Both the position numbers and the translations under genes were made by a program. This document shows positions 46,948 through 59,175 of a DNA stretch of 64,000 bases, piece by piece. Position 1 is the stretch's first letter. Each line of letters opens with the position of its first letter. The notes under the pieces were generated by a model. The model saw nothing but the letters and a program-made list of their open reading frames with translations. It ran no database searches and was not told the origin of the DNA. This DNA is from Negaprion brevirostris. Lineage: Eukaryota. Location: contig JARDVH010000194.1 of assembly GCA_030324005.1 (NCBI GenBank), positions 6,021,915 to 6,085,914 on the forward strand. Direction: 5' to 3'.

Positions 46948-48849
46948 GTGTGGACTGAATGGATCAGCGTTGTGTCCCTTGCATCGTTGGTTTATTTAAT
47001 TGAATTAATTTGAATGTAGGGGAACCACAGTACATTGTCCCACACAGAGACACTCAAACACACACAGCCAGAGTGACAGAGGCCTAAGGAGAGACACAGA
47101 CACTGAAAACAAGCCTGACACCAGTCCAGCTCCGTTCCTGTTCTATTTCCGACTGCAAATTTCATGTTTTTTTTGTGAATGAACGGAAATGGGAAAACTC
47201 CAGAGTGTTTAGATGGATTCGATTGAATTTGCTCTGTGGACACATAGTTCAAACCAGGAATAACGAAAAATGGGAATTCTCGATCGATTTGATCCAATCG
47301 TTAATATTCATTTCCTGCAATGTTTTTGTACTTGGGCTAAAAAAGTTATCCGACAGACATTGTGAAAATGAATCCCCTTTTCCATTTTAGCCGCCTCTTC
47401 TGTCCAATCAGTCACTTGTGTTGAAATTTGCAATGTCAATATTCAAGTTTTATTAATCCGTTTCGTCACTGTCTGCATGCTAATAAAACCTGAAATGAAA
47501 GGAGATTTTAATGATGCTAACAATTACCATTGCTTGTTGTAAAAATAAACACACCAGACTCTCTCGTTTTTAGGGAAGAAATCTTCTGTCCTGCATAATC
47601 TGATTGGCATGTGACTGCTGAGCAAAGACAACGAGCTGGACTTTTAACAGCTACTCAGTGTAATTAGGGATGGACAGAAGATTCTGGCCTTGCCAGCGAT
47701 TCTCACATTGTATGAACGAATGGAGAAACTCCTTTCTAACTAGAAGAATTCTTTTACAGCGAAGTAGACGCTTCTTACATTGTTCAAGAGGAATAATATC
47801 CTGTATTCAGAATAGTCCAAGTTACAAACAGCTGGACTCCCGCTGCTGAAGAGGAAAATAATTCCAAGCAAAAATCTGATCAAGTCATTGTGGCGTGATA
47901 ATTGTTTCCCATTGATGAAAGTGGGAATAACTTGCAAATCAACTTGACGTCAAATGAAAAGCGGAATGCAAAACAGGGTTTGAGTTTTGAGCAAAATAAC
48001 GCCTTAAAATTCCCAATCAGCTAACTATCTCGATGAAGTGAGTACTCTGTGCTGTAGTGTTATGTCGAGTGTTTTTTCTATGTTTTTTTCTAATTTAATA
48101 TGGAGTCTGCATTGATAGTTCTTTACCCTGTAAATTAGTACTTTTTCCAGAACATTTCAAATAAAGAAACACGAAATAATTATCAACATACATTCCTCTG
48201 GTTTGTAACTGTTGACTTTGGAGAACCTAAGAGTCAGGAAAAAAAAACGGAATGTTTCCATTCTCCAAGAATGGCTTGCAAAGTGAAATTTATTGGTAAA
48301 GTTTAAGGGATCTAATCGTTCTATCAGAAAACTGTCATTACAAAGTTAGAAGTCGAAACATTTAGCTTACAATTTCAGGACGCAAACTAACTAGGAGCGC
48401 TTTGGAGGTGGGGGTGGTGGGTCTGTGTTGGTGTGCACGGTAAGGTGTGTGTGTGTGGGGGGGGGGGGAAGGGTGGAGTCAATGTTGGAGTTGAGATTTG
48501 GGCTGGGACAGTGGGTTCTTGTTCTTTGTCTGTGCGTTGGAGCTGAAGCAAATTGCCAGTGTCATGAACAACATTCCCAATTTAACATGTTGATATTCCA
48601 CTCTGAACCTTTATGTTTCGAGTCATTGTTGAATGAGAAAATTTAACTGATTCAAATCCAGGATCATTCGCTACTTAATTTCTTCCTTTTGTTATTGTTT
48701 CTCTGTTTATTGTCCATTTTTTTTCTGGATGACAAAAAACAGAAACAAATAGACAGTTGGGTCTCAATGAGATGAATTTCAGAACACCAGGTGAACACAT
48801 TTGTGATGATGGAATATCTTATCACTATTTGATGACATTTACAGTTCAA

Positions 48850-49330
48850 GTAAATGGAAATCTCAGCACATTCTTCAATTCCTCTCTGAATGTGTTCGGG
48901 TCACTATACAAATGCGTGTGTTAGTGCAGCAACTCAAGATGTGGAGCGTAATTTCTAGTTCCTGAACAAATACGGCAACATAGAACTTAATTACATCTAA
49001 GTTATAGAATATTGCACAAAATAAATGGAACAGCAAAAGGACAGTGAAATGATTATTTTCTCCCCCAAAAGAGCAAATAGTAAGATAATGGATTTCCCTC
49101 ACTTCTCTATCTTTGAGTCACTCGGGCTCTCCCTGTTCTTCTCAGTTCGAAGTGCTTGCTCGACAGCAGAATGCATTTAACAGTTAAAACATTGACCATC
49201 AGAATAAACAAGAAAGGAGCAAATGGGTTGAAATATAGTGTACATGTTAAACTGCTCCACACACTGCTAAGTAGTTGACATCTTAATGTACATCACAGAA
49301 TTAAGGATTATTGCAAAACCAATATTTCTA
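48850..49330 (-). pseudogene. GPR139/142-like GPCR pseudogene fragment (ECL2 to helix 8)
   Basis: Minus-strand pieces YWFCNN, PFAPFLFILMVNVLTVKCIL, SDSKIEK*GKSIILLFA, LHILSCCTNTRICIVT and, frameshifted, FREELKNVLRFP; stops and frameshifts present. Confidence 0.8.
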
Positions 49331-49509
49331 GTCATACAGAAGGTCCCAGACGGACAAAGAATGGATTACATTTGACTGATGAGTGCAAAGTAAAGATCAG
49401 TTTATCACTTAATATGGACATAAATAGTAGCAAATTACAGACTCTATGGAGAGTTGAGAGGCAAAAGCACTAGGCTGAATATTTATGAGATTGACCACTT
49501 CATTTTTGT

Positions 49510-50405
49510 TCATTTTTGAGCTAATTTATTAATTGCGTTCAGTGGGTATTTCACAGTGTTCCGTAACTGTTGTCTGAATTTCTTCTGAGTGACTGTATAA
49601 ATGAATGTGTTCGTGCAGCAACTCAGAAGTTGAAGCATGTTTCCACTTTCCTGCAGGATAAAGTTTGGGCTATAGAAACTGCTTGATTTCCTAATTTGGA
49701 CATACAAGAAATTGATAACATATGTTAACCACAGGAGGATGAAACTGCCAGATATCGAAAAGAGTAAAACAATGCATTTTTTTCGACTCTCCATCTCTGT
49801 GTCACGCCGATCCTCTGCATTCTTGTCACTACGGAGTTTTCTACGAGCTCTACTAACTACTAAAATGTGTCTGACAGTGAGGATGTTGAGCAACATGATC
49901 AGGAAAAATGGAACACATGGTGTTAAAAGTCTATCAAACCAGTCAAATGCTGCCCATATGGGTGAAATATAAAATATAGCCTTTATATTGCAGTACCAGG
50001 CCACATTATTAATTATATACAACGGCTCGTATATGAAGCAGAAAGGAATGTTTTTCAAACAGCTCAGAGCACAGACCATACCTACCACCATTGCTGCTGT
50101 TTGCTCAGTGCAGTATCTTGTTTTCAGTTTCTGGCAACTAATGGCCACAAATCGATCAAAGGTGAATGCAACAGTTAACCAGACAGAAGAGTCTCGGGAT
50201 GAATAAATAAGCATAGTACTGATGGTACATGTTATTGTCCTGGACAGGAAACTGTTTCTGAAATAGATGCCACCTATTCTATTCAATATCACGGCAGTAA
50301 TAATAACCAAAAGATCTGTCACCGCCATGAACACCAGATACCGTGTGATACATCTAGAGAGACCACAACCTCCTCGGGACAGGGTCACAATAGCCACGAT
50401 ATTCA
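49510..50405 (-). CDS. GPR139/142-like class A GPCR gene 3, large coding exon (exon 1 not confidently located)
   Basis: Acceptor ctctttttttgcag, phase 1; VNIVAIVTLSRGGCGLSRCITRYLVFMAVTDLL, AFTFDRFVAISC, AWYC, SCCTNTFIY, KFRQQL; open to TGA at 49510. Confidence 0.9.
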
Positions 50406-53254
50406 CTGCAAAAAAAGAGGAAACTTACAGATTATAATTCAATCGATAGCTTTAGTTAGGTTGCATTTGATAAGATATTTGCAAGATGCCTTATTTAAAA
50501 TATGTGCTCGCATTCAGCCCAGGTTCAATGAGTTAGGAACGTGTGATACCAGAGAAAAGGTTGTGTGCTAACATGACAAAATATGAAATCCTCCCATCTG
50601 CTCATAACGAAAAGAAAGTTAACTTAATTCAAAACGGTTGTGAGAAAACAATCCATTAACATTACAACAGTATTGATTCGGATCAATGGAATTTGTCTTT
50701 CATCGATTTGAGAAAGAGGGATATCTTCTGAAATGAAGATATCGGTAGAATCACAAAATGACGTAATCACAAATGACTCTGAAACACTATTATTCAGAAC
50801 TCTGCCAATAGTTGTATCATGCTTTCAGTATGCCACAAAACAAGTTAATACTAAGAACGGAAAATAAAGGGTAACTTTGTATTAGGATTCTGTGTCACCA
50901 GTGATAGAGTGTACAGATGCTTCAACGCTCCTCATAATTTGAGAGGGAGATAGGATCAGGCATCACTGTAACTAAATCACCTCTCATTCTGGGTCGCTCA
51001 AGGGGCAACTGGACGTGGTCATGTAACATGTAACATGTTATGGGATTATAAATTGCCAGTTCAAAATTGGCTTTCGGGAGCCGACAGGTTCTCAGGTTAG
51101 AGTGATCTGGAAATAAAGGGAGGTGAGGTCGGAATAACCTTCTGATTTTTCAGTACCTGATTGAGTCAGTGTGTCGATGTAAACTGTGGCCCTAACTCCT
51201 AAACAACACAATCATGGAAAGTGGCTGTAGACCAAGACGAGGTCTGCCGTGTCAACCAAGTTGTTAGGATTCTGGCTTCTAATTACCAGGTGCCATTTCA
51301 ACTCCCACATCAAAACTTGGGAAAAAGTACCAAAACTGGTGACACCAGTACAGTGCTAAGCCTTTGTCGTGAATGTCATCTCTAAGAGCAGATTTGAAAC
51401 AAAGGTATTACATGGTGGATGGAAGAAGGGCAACAATTATTTCTATGTAAAGCATTGCAGTCAATCATGGTGTCCCATCCATTTTCATCTCTCATTCGGC
51501 GTCACATAAGAACATGAGATTTGGTGTAAATCACATTGATGGGTTTCGCCGTGCAAAGTTTTCTACATTCCACTCGCCCTGAGAATTCAATGCTGAATTT
51601 GTCGCAAAGAATTTTGAGATGACTTTTGGTCTCGAACAGAGCTATATAAATTCCGATATGATTTTTTTTTCATTTGACATGTGTGGATGTTTTGACAGAC
51701 CTATCAAATAAGCCTCTCTTACTCACCATTTCACATAGTCCAGCTGTTTTTCATCTCCAAGTGTGGATACATTTTTTTTTGGAAGTTTAACATTAAATCT
51801 GTCCCCATCCATTTTTAACCCACTGAATTTCAGATTCCACTAACTCTATGCATTAAGGATGCTTTTGAAATGTTCCCAGTACTTTAAACATTTTCACAGG
51901 GTTTCCAGTTCGATATACAGCTATTAACTCCTGCCTTATCTTTTCCTCGCCTGAGAGAAACCTTCTCATCTAATATAGACCCCTCAGGCATCTGAAGTCC
52001 TCTATCATTGCCTTTGAACTAGTGTGCTCGATAGCAACAGATTTGATCGATGACTGGAGACAACAAAATCGAGATTTCAAATGTTGGGCATAAGTGACGG
52101 TGGAGGGTAGGAGAAGGGGTCACTCTTTTTATAGCATTTGCAGTCGATAAATTACCATGAAGTCATTTAGAAGAGTGGAAGCAGAACAAAATAAATATTG
52201 TGGATTGCATGAACGTTAAAATATATTTCTAACCTGTGCAGCCCAATTGAAAGGAATGGCGAACTATTCACTTTTGTTTAACCATTATAATTATCAGCAG
52301 GGTAGCACAATATGAATGAATTAATACAGTGGTTGCATTAAGCCACAGCAATGCTGCTGACTGTCAACTTTCTTCTCAAATGGCCTAGGAATGTGTATCA
52401 ACATTTTGAAAAGACAGCTCACCGCAAACCTCTCAAGGGCAACAAGGGATGGACAATGAATGATAATCCCTGTTCTCTCTCTTGCATTGACAATGAATGA
52501 TGGACAGTCAGTGACATGCATGTCCCACAAAATATTTTTTTTTAGTGAATTATTTCTTGATAATTCATAGAATTGTTTCTTGATCTGAGTTGGTACCTGG
52601 GACATTGATGAAGTAACTTTCTGATGAAAGTGTATATGAGAAGACAGCATGGAAATTTAATCGAGTTGAACAATGAAGTCGAACAGCACCGCGTTATGAT
52701 GCATGGAATTGCTGACTTTTGTTTTCAACACCTACAAAGCATGTACCAAAGGAACACCATGCCGGTACACCAGAAATTGTTTGAATTATCATCTGTACTG
52801 TTTCGACAGTTAGACAGTGAAGAAATTTGGAATAAGAAGCATATCAATTCATCAACAAATCATACATGGCACATTTCGTATTGGCATAGATTTCTTTTCT
52901 TCACACAAAACAAACAATGAAGTCGACATATGCACCAATGATAACTTCAATTAGCGGAAAAAAATTCATAGAAAGTTAATTAAGAACTCAGTTTAGCTGG
53001 AACCGTTTATTGAGAGGCACACACAACAGATGAAAGAATGCCAGTTCGATTTTGAGGCGATCTCATAAACAGTGACAGCTAAATACGTAACTGAAACTCA
53101 ATTCAGAACACTGGGTTGAAACATGCAATTAGTTACAGAAATAAAAATACGAAAACATTCTAACATCAACCTTCTTTATGATTTCTCAGTTCCTTCAGAC
53201 AGCGCAAAATGGAACTTGAACAATTTATCAGGGTGGTTGGAGGGCAGAGATTAT

Positions 53255-53804
53255 TTGAGTCAGAGTCATAGAGGTTTACAACTTGGAAACAGGTCCGTCA
53301 GCCAAACTTGTCCATGCCACCCCTTCATTTTAAACCCTAAGCTAGTCCCAATTGCTGGTGTTTGGCCCATATCTCTCTATACCCATATACATGTAACTGT
53401 CTAAATGCTTGTTAAAATACAAAATTGGACCCGACTCTAATGTTACCTCTGGTAGCTTGTTCCAGACACTCACACTGTGTGAAAAGAATGCCGCCCTGGA
53501 CCCTTTTGTATCTCTCCTCTCTCACCTGAAACGTATGCCCTCCACTTTTAGACTCCCCTACATTTGGGAAAATATATTGACTATCTAGCTGATCTTTGTC
53601 CCTCATTATTCTATAGGTTCCCATAATATCACGCCTTGGCCCCCTACCCTTCAGAGAAAAATAAGTCCCAGTCTATCCAACCTCTCCTTATAATTCAAAG
53701 CATCAACACCCTGTAGCATCATAGAACATAGAACATAGAACATAGAACACTACAGCACAAACAGGCCCTTCGGCCCACGAGTTGTACCGATCACATCAAC
53801 ACCT
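53255..53804 (-). mobile_element. CR1 LINE 3' ends (two, one nested)
   Basis: gagtcatagaggtttaca tail and (atagaac)n tail; minus strand IFPNVGESKSGGHTFQVREERYK. Confidence 0.8.
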
Positions 53805-53904
53805 NNNNNNNNNNNNNNNNNNNNNNNNNNNNNNNNNNNNNNNNNNNNNNNNNNNNNNNNNNNNNNNNNNNNNNNNNNNNNNNNNNNNNNNNNNNNNNNN
53901 NNNN

Positions 53905-54070
53905 GTTTCCTCCCACAGTCTGAAAGACATGCTGATTAGGCTGCATCGGCCATGCTAAATTCTCGCTCAGTGTACCTGAACAAGCGCCGGATTGTGGCGA
54001 CTAGGTGATTTTCACAGTAACTCATTGCAGTGTTGATGTAAGCCTACTTGTGACATTAATAAATAAACGT
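53905..54070 (+). mobile_element. V-domain SINE 3' half
   Basis: gtttcctcccacagtc...gtaagcctacttgtgacattaataaataaa. Confidence 0.8.
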
Positions 54071-54299
54071 TAATACTTTATATTGGTAACAGTGACTCTG
54101 CGGGCACTAGGTGTCTTTTAAGTCAAACCAAATGGACAAACTCAAACTAAATTAGGAAAAAGTAAAAGGGACAGCTCCCCAAAAGGATGGGGAACAGCCC
54201 GAATAAAAACAGAAGTACAAAGGAAACTTAAGACACATCAAATCAAAATGTGATTGTGGGACTGCGGGCACTAGGGCCCCACTGGAAACAGACACTCAA

Positions 54300-54431
54300 G
54301 CTCCGCCCTCTATCGCGTCATCAAAGTGGACACGCATGCGCTTCATTCCCCGTTGGAACAAGATGGCGGCCGTTAACTGTGGCTTTGTCCCGGGAAACAA
54401 ACATGGAGATGCAGACACGGGACCTACAGGT
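54300..54431 (+). promoter_or_regulatory. CpG-type promoter and probable first exon of the zinc-finger gene (GC box, NRF1, YY1, splice donor)
   Basis: ctccgccc; cgcatgcgc (54333-54341); CAAGATGGCGGC (54359-54370, YY1 consensus); donor cag|gtcagt at 54429/54430; second NRF1-like gcgcatgc at ~54572. Confidence 0.6.
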
Positions 54432-55348
54432 CAGTATTTGAGGTTTGAGGCTTTCACCACGTGTTTCGAAACATTCCCCGTTCCAAGGTTAGCACTATCG
54501 CTCCCTCTGGGTCACCATATCCTTACCCGTTTGGAGATACGACTGAGAGACAACACTCCGTGGCCATTGCTGCGCATGCTCCGAATACAAGTCGGATTTG
54601 CGCTTGCGCACTGCTCTGGCTAGGGGACAGCCACCGCCGCGAAGAACTCTGGGTAAAACCCCCACCATTTACAGTCCAAATTTGTTTTTCTGCTATGTGG
54701 GGATGAGGGTGGCAAGGCGAATAAATGAAGTTAGGAACCAAATAATATGTAAATTCAAGTGCATAGATCCTCCATAGAAAAAAGGAAAGTGCGAATTGGT
54801 GGAGAATCAAGAGTTCACAAAGCAGCAGCAAGAACTGCAGAAACCAACTCCTGCAATCACATAGGATTCAGTTGGTCACTCCCTATCAGTGAGTAACTTT
54901 CAGGACTGTGTATGACTCAGACATTTTAGACGTTAGCACACACTAATACAACTGAATTACTGGAAACAGGCTGCAGCTCTTTTCATTTTCACTTATTACA
55001 GTATGCAGGTGTCACTGGCATTTATTATCATTGCTGAATACTTCTGAGAAGGTGATGACAATCTGCCTTCCCGAACCACTGCAGCCCATGGAGGTTTTGG
55101 ATGGTTTTAGGGTCCCCAGAACATTAGCCTGGGCCTTTGGATTACTAGTCCTGTGATATTACCACTGTGTCACCATCTTCCATTACAAAAAATACCCATT
55201 AACTATCGTTTAGTATTTCCTACAATTGAGGCAATTTTGTATCCAAAATGTAACTTGCTCTTGGATCTCTTGAGATTTGATGTTTCTGCTCAGTCTGCCA
55301 TGTGGGAACTTGTAGATGTGGATAGAATGTTTCCTTGTGTGGGAGAAT

Positions 55349-55610
55349 GGGCGGCACAGTGGTTAGCACTGCTGGCTGACTGCGCCAGAGACCTGGGTTC
55401 AATTCCTGGCTTGGGTCACTGCCTGTTTGGAGTCTGCATGCTCTCCGTGGGTTTCCTCCCACAGTCCGAAAGACGTACTGGTTAGGTGCGTTAGCCATGC
55501 TAAATTCTCCCTCAGTGTACCCAAACAGGCATTGGCGACTAGGTGATTTTCACACTAACTTCATTGCAGTGTTAATGTAAGCCTACTTGTGACATAAATA
55601 ATAAATAAGT
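55349..55610 (+). mobile_element. V-domain SINE inserted in a CR1 3' fragment (55310-55925)
   Basis: gggcggcacagtggttagcactgctg head through ...gtgacataaataataaata tail, flanked by agaat direct repeat; CR1 sequence resumes afterwards. Confidence 0.8.
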
Positions 55611-56280
55611 AGAATAATCCAAAATCAGGGGCCAGAAATGTAAGATAGTCACAGACAAATCCAATAGGGGAAATAAGGAGAAATTGTGTTTATCAGAGCA
55701 GCTACGCTGTGGAGCTCACTACTACAGGAAATATTTGTGGCAAAAAGCCTTTCAAAATGAAACAAAATGAATGGATGAGAGGGAAAAGAATAGAACAAGA
55801 AAATGAAAGACTGAGCTGAGGGAGATGGAATGGAAGGAGATGCTTGTGGAGAATCAACACCAGCAGAGACTGACTGGGCCAAATGGCCAGTTTCTGTTCT
55901 GTATATTTTGTGTAATTCTATGTAAACTGTTTCCACAGCATGTTTGAAGAGGAGGATTTACAGATAGGAAAAAAGAAAATTTTTAAGATCTTCAGAGTGA
56001 CACAATAAACAGCCGATGATATTCCGGTCCTGATGAAATGTGGAAGGAAAAATGCTATTCTGTTCTAACATCGGTGTGACTGGAAAAGCACCGAGAGACA
56101 CACACACACCCCCGAGTGAGAGTGTTCCAGTGAACTGACGGTGGAAAGAGCTTTAACCAGTTACACAGCCTGAAAAAAAATCACACCATTCACAGCGAGG
56201 AGAAACTGTACACGAGTTCTATGTGTGGTTGAGGCTTCAACTGATCATCCAACGTGGAGAGAAACAATGACACTGGCACC

Positions 56281-56787
56281 ATGGAGAAAGCATGGATATG
56301 TGGGGACTGTGGGAAGAGATTCAAATACCAATCTCGGCTGGAATATCATCGACATACTCACACTGGGGAGAGACCCTTCCTCTGCTCCATGTGCGGGAAG
56401 GGATTCACTCGGTCATCCGACCTTCTGAGACACCAAACCACTCACAGTGAGGAAAGACCATTCACCTGCTCCACATGTGAAAAGGCATTCATTCAATCAT
56501 CCGATCTTAGGATACACCAGCGAGTTCACACTGGAGAGAGGCCATTCACCTGCTCTGACTGTGGGAAGAGATTCAGTCAGTCAGCCCACCTGCTGGCACA
56601 CCAGCGAGTTCACACTGGGGAAAAGCCGTTCACCTGTTCTGACTGTGGGAAAGCATTCATCCATTCATCCCACCTTCTGAGACACCAGCGAGTTCACACG
56701 GGGGAGAAGTTGTTTAACTGCTCCAAGTGTGGGAAGGGATTCACTCAGTCATCCCACCTGGTAAGACACCAGCGGGTTCACAAATGA
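56281..56787 (+). CDS. C2H2 (Krueppel-type) zinc-finger protein, 6 tandem fingers, 168 aa
   Basis: accATGg Kozak start; six C-x2-C-x12-H-x3-H fingers with TGE(R/K)PF-type linkers; no KRAB/SCAN in this exon; acceptor ttccacag at 55938; AATAAA at 56909-56914. Confidence 0.88.
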   Translation: MEKAWICGDCGKRFKYQSRLEYHRHTHTGERPFLCSMCGKGFTRSSDLLRHQTTHSEERPFTCSTCEKAFIQSSDLRIHQRVHTGERPFTCSDCGKRFSQSAHLLAHQRVHTGEKPFTCSDCGKAFIHSSHLLRHQRVHTGEKLFNCSKCGKGFTQSSHLVRHQRVHK

Positions 56788-58544
56788 CTGCAGGGATTAG
56801 ATTCTGCTGTTAGTCACATCCAGAACTGAACCATGTTCATTCTGACAGTTGGCATTCCCTTCTGCTGAAAATAATTGAACTGAAGTTTTATATTCTGGTT
56901 ATATGTCCAATAAATCAGCTTATTTTGAATTTATTGTCTTAGATTTTTATCTTTCCCACCTGAGTGTTTAATATCACCTGTCTGGGGCTTAGAGAGGACA
57001 ATCTGGGGGAGGATCACACAGCAGGAACAGAACTTCAGCCTGGACACAGTCTGGGAACATGGTGACTGTCCACACTTTGTTCCTGTTGGATAAAATTAAA
57101 CACAGCATTTATTCTCCATCCAGTTATCTGACCTTTTCTGTTTGTACAGTTTACACTGATCTCCCCGGTTACAGATATTATGCTTCATTCCCTCATTTCC
57201 AATTAATTATTATAAAATCTGTTTCTTCCAATCTATCTAGAACATCAGGTGGATCTTCCCAAGTGGAATTGAGACAGAGGTGAGATCAGCCATGATCAGA
57301 TTGAATGGCGGAGCAGGCTTGAGGGGCTGAATTACTGACTCCTGCTCCTGGCTCTTATGTTTTTCAGTGAATGATCATCACTGTCTCTGTGAGGGAATGT
57401 AGTGAGTTTCTATCCAGGACTCACTGTGATGGATTTTGGAAACTCCTTTCAAGTAGGCTTAGAGGGGGAGGATTTACACAATAGNNNNNNNNNNNNNNNN
57501 NNNNNNNNNNNNNNNNNNNNNNNNNNNNNNNNNNNNNNNNNNNNNNNNNNNNNNNNNNNNNNNNNNNNNNNNNNNNNNNNNNNNTTGCTGCCATCTTGAA
57601 AAACATCTCGCCCCCAAATTGATGTTAAGTTCCGTCAACCAAATTGGAACATTTTTAATAGATGATGAAAGAGCAGGTTGATGTTTCTAGCACCATGACT
57701 CATTGGTAAATGTTACGAAAATACATCTCACCAGAACGACCTCCCCATTAAGTGGTGTTGGAATGACGTACTTGCCTGCCTCAGTTCCGTGCTTGGCACC
57801 CTTCCCTGAGCTATTGAATGTGGAACTGAAACGTGGAGCAGGTAATGCTGCGATGTCAAAATCTATTTGGGCTTTTGTCATACTTGCAGCTGCGTTGAGT
57901 TGTGGGACTGGAAATTCAAATTGGCTCCATTAAAGCTAATTTAACCGAGTTCAAAGGTTGTAAGAAATGAAGTTGTAAGCTCAAAGGCCCTTGTAGAAGG
58001 GTGAGCAGTGAACCATTACTCATGTTGTGACATTTGAGAACTAAATTTGATCTCATACTTTGTATATACATCTGTTGTAGTCATTAAAATAAATCTTCAA
58101 TATTGTTGTACTTGTACACCTCAGCTCCTCATCTCTGAAAGCGGCAGGATTGATGTCGGATCGAAACCCGTATAATGTAGGAAATCGTTGCTGCCAAATT
58201 ATGTACAGCAAGGCCTCACAGACAGCAGTGTGATAATGTGCACAAATCTGTTTTAATTATGTTGGTGGAAGGATAACTATTGACTCGGGGCGAATTCCCC
58301 AGCTCTTTAAATTGTGCCATGGGAAGGGAAAGTGGGTCCGTGGGGTTTTTTCTACCTCGTGTAAGTGATGGCACATCCGACATTGAAAGAATGTGGGTGG
58401 GCAGCATGGTGGCACAGTGGTTAGCATTGCTGCCTCACAGCGTCAGGGACCCGGGTTCAATTCTGACCTTGGATGACTGTGTAGAGTTGCACATTCTCCC
58501 CGCTTCTGTGTGGGTTTCCTCCGGGTGCTCTGGTTTCCTCCACA

Positions 58545-58846
58545 GTCCAAAAATGTGCAGGTTAGATCATACTAAATTGTCCCATCATGTCCAAAGGTGC
58601 ACAGGGTAGGTGGATTGGCCATGCTAAATTGTCCCTTAGTGTCCAGAGATGTGCAGGTGAGGTGGCTTGGCCATGCTAAATTGCCCCTTAGTGTCCAGAG
58701 ATGTACAGGTTAGGTGGATTGGCCATGCTAAATTGCCCCTTAGTGTCCAGAGATGTGCAGGTTAGGTGGATTGGCCATGCTAAATTGCCCCTTAGTGTCC
58801 AAAGATGTGCAGGCTAGGTGGATTGGCCATACTAAATTGTCCCTCA
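58545..58846. repeat. 52-bp tandem repeat (~5.5 copies)
   Basis: at(g/a)ctaaattg recurs at 58569, 58621, 58673, 58725, 58777, 58829. Confidence 0.92.
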
Positions 58847-59175
58847 AACTTAAAGTTTATTTATTAGTGTCACCAGTCGGTTTACATTAACACTACAATG
58901 AGATTACTGTGGAAATCCCCTCATTGCCACATTCTGGCACCTGTTTGGTTATACCAAGGGAGGATTTAGCACGGTCAATCCGCCTAAACAGCACATCTTT
59001 CGGACTGTGGGAGAAAACCGGTGCACCTGGAGGAAACCCACGCAGACACTGGGCTGGGGGGAGGAGGAGAGAAAAACATGCAGACTCCGCACAGACTGTG
59101 GCCCAAGCCAAGAATTGAACCCAGGTCCCTGGCGCTGTGAGGCAGCAGAGCTAACCACTGTGCCACCATGCCGCT
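58847..59175 (-). mobile_element. V-domain SINE, full length, antisense
   Basis: Minus-strand gcggcatggtggcacagtggttagctctgctgcctcacagcgccagggacctgggttcaattc head and gtgacactaataaataaa tail. Confidence 0.85.

Noticed and set aside
58545-58846. Regularly spaced repeats resembling a CRISPR array
   Set aside because: Units are head-to-tail with no unique spacers, derive from SINE sequence, and the context is eukaryotic.
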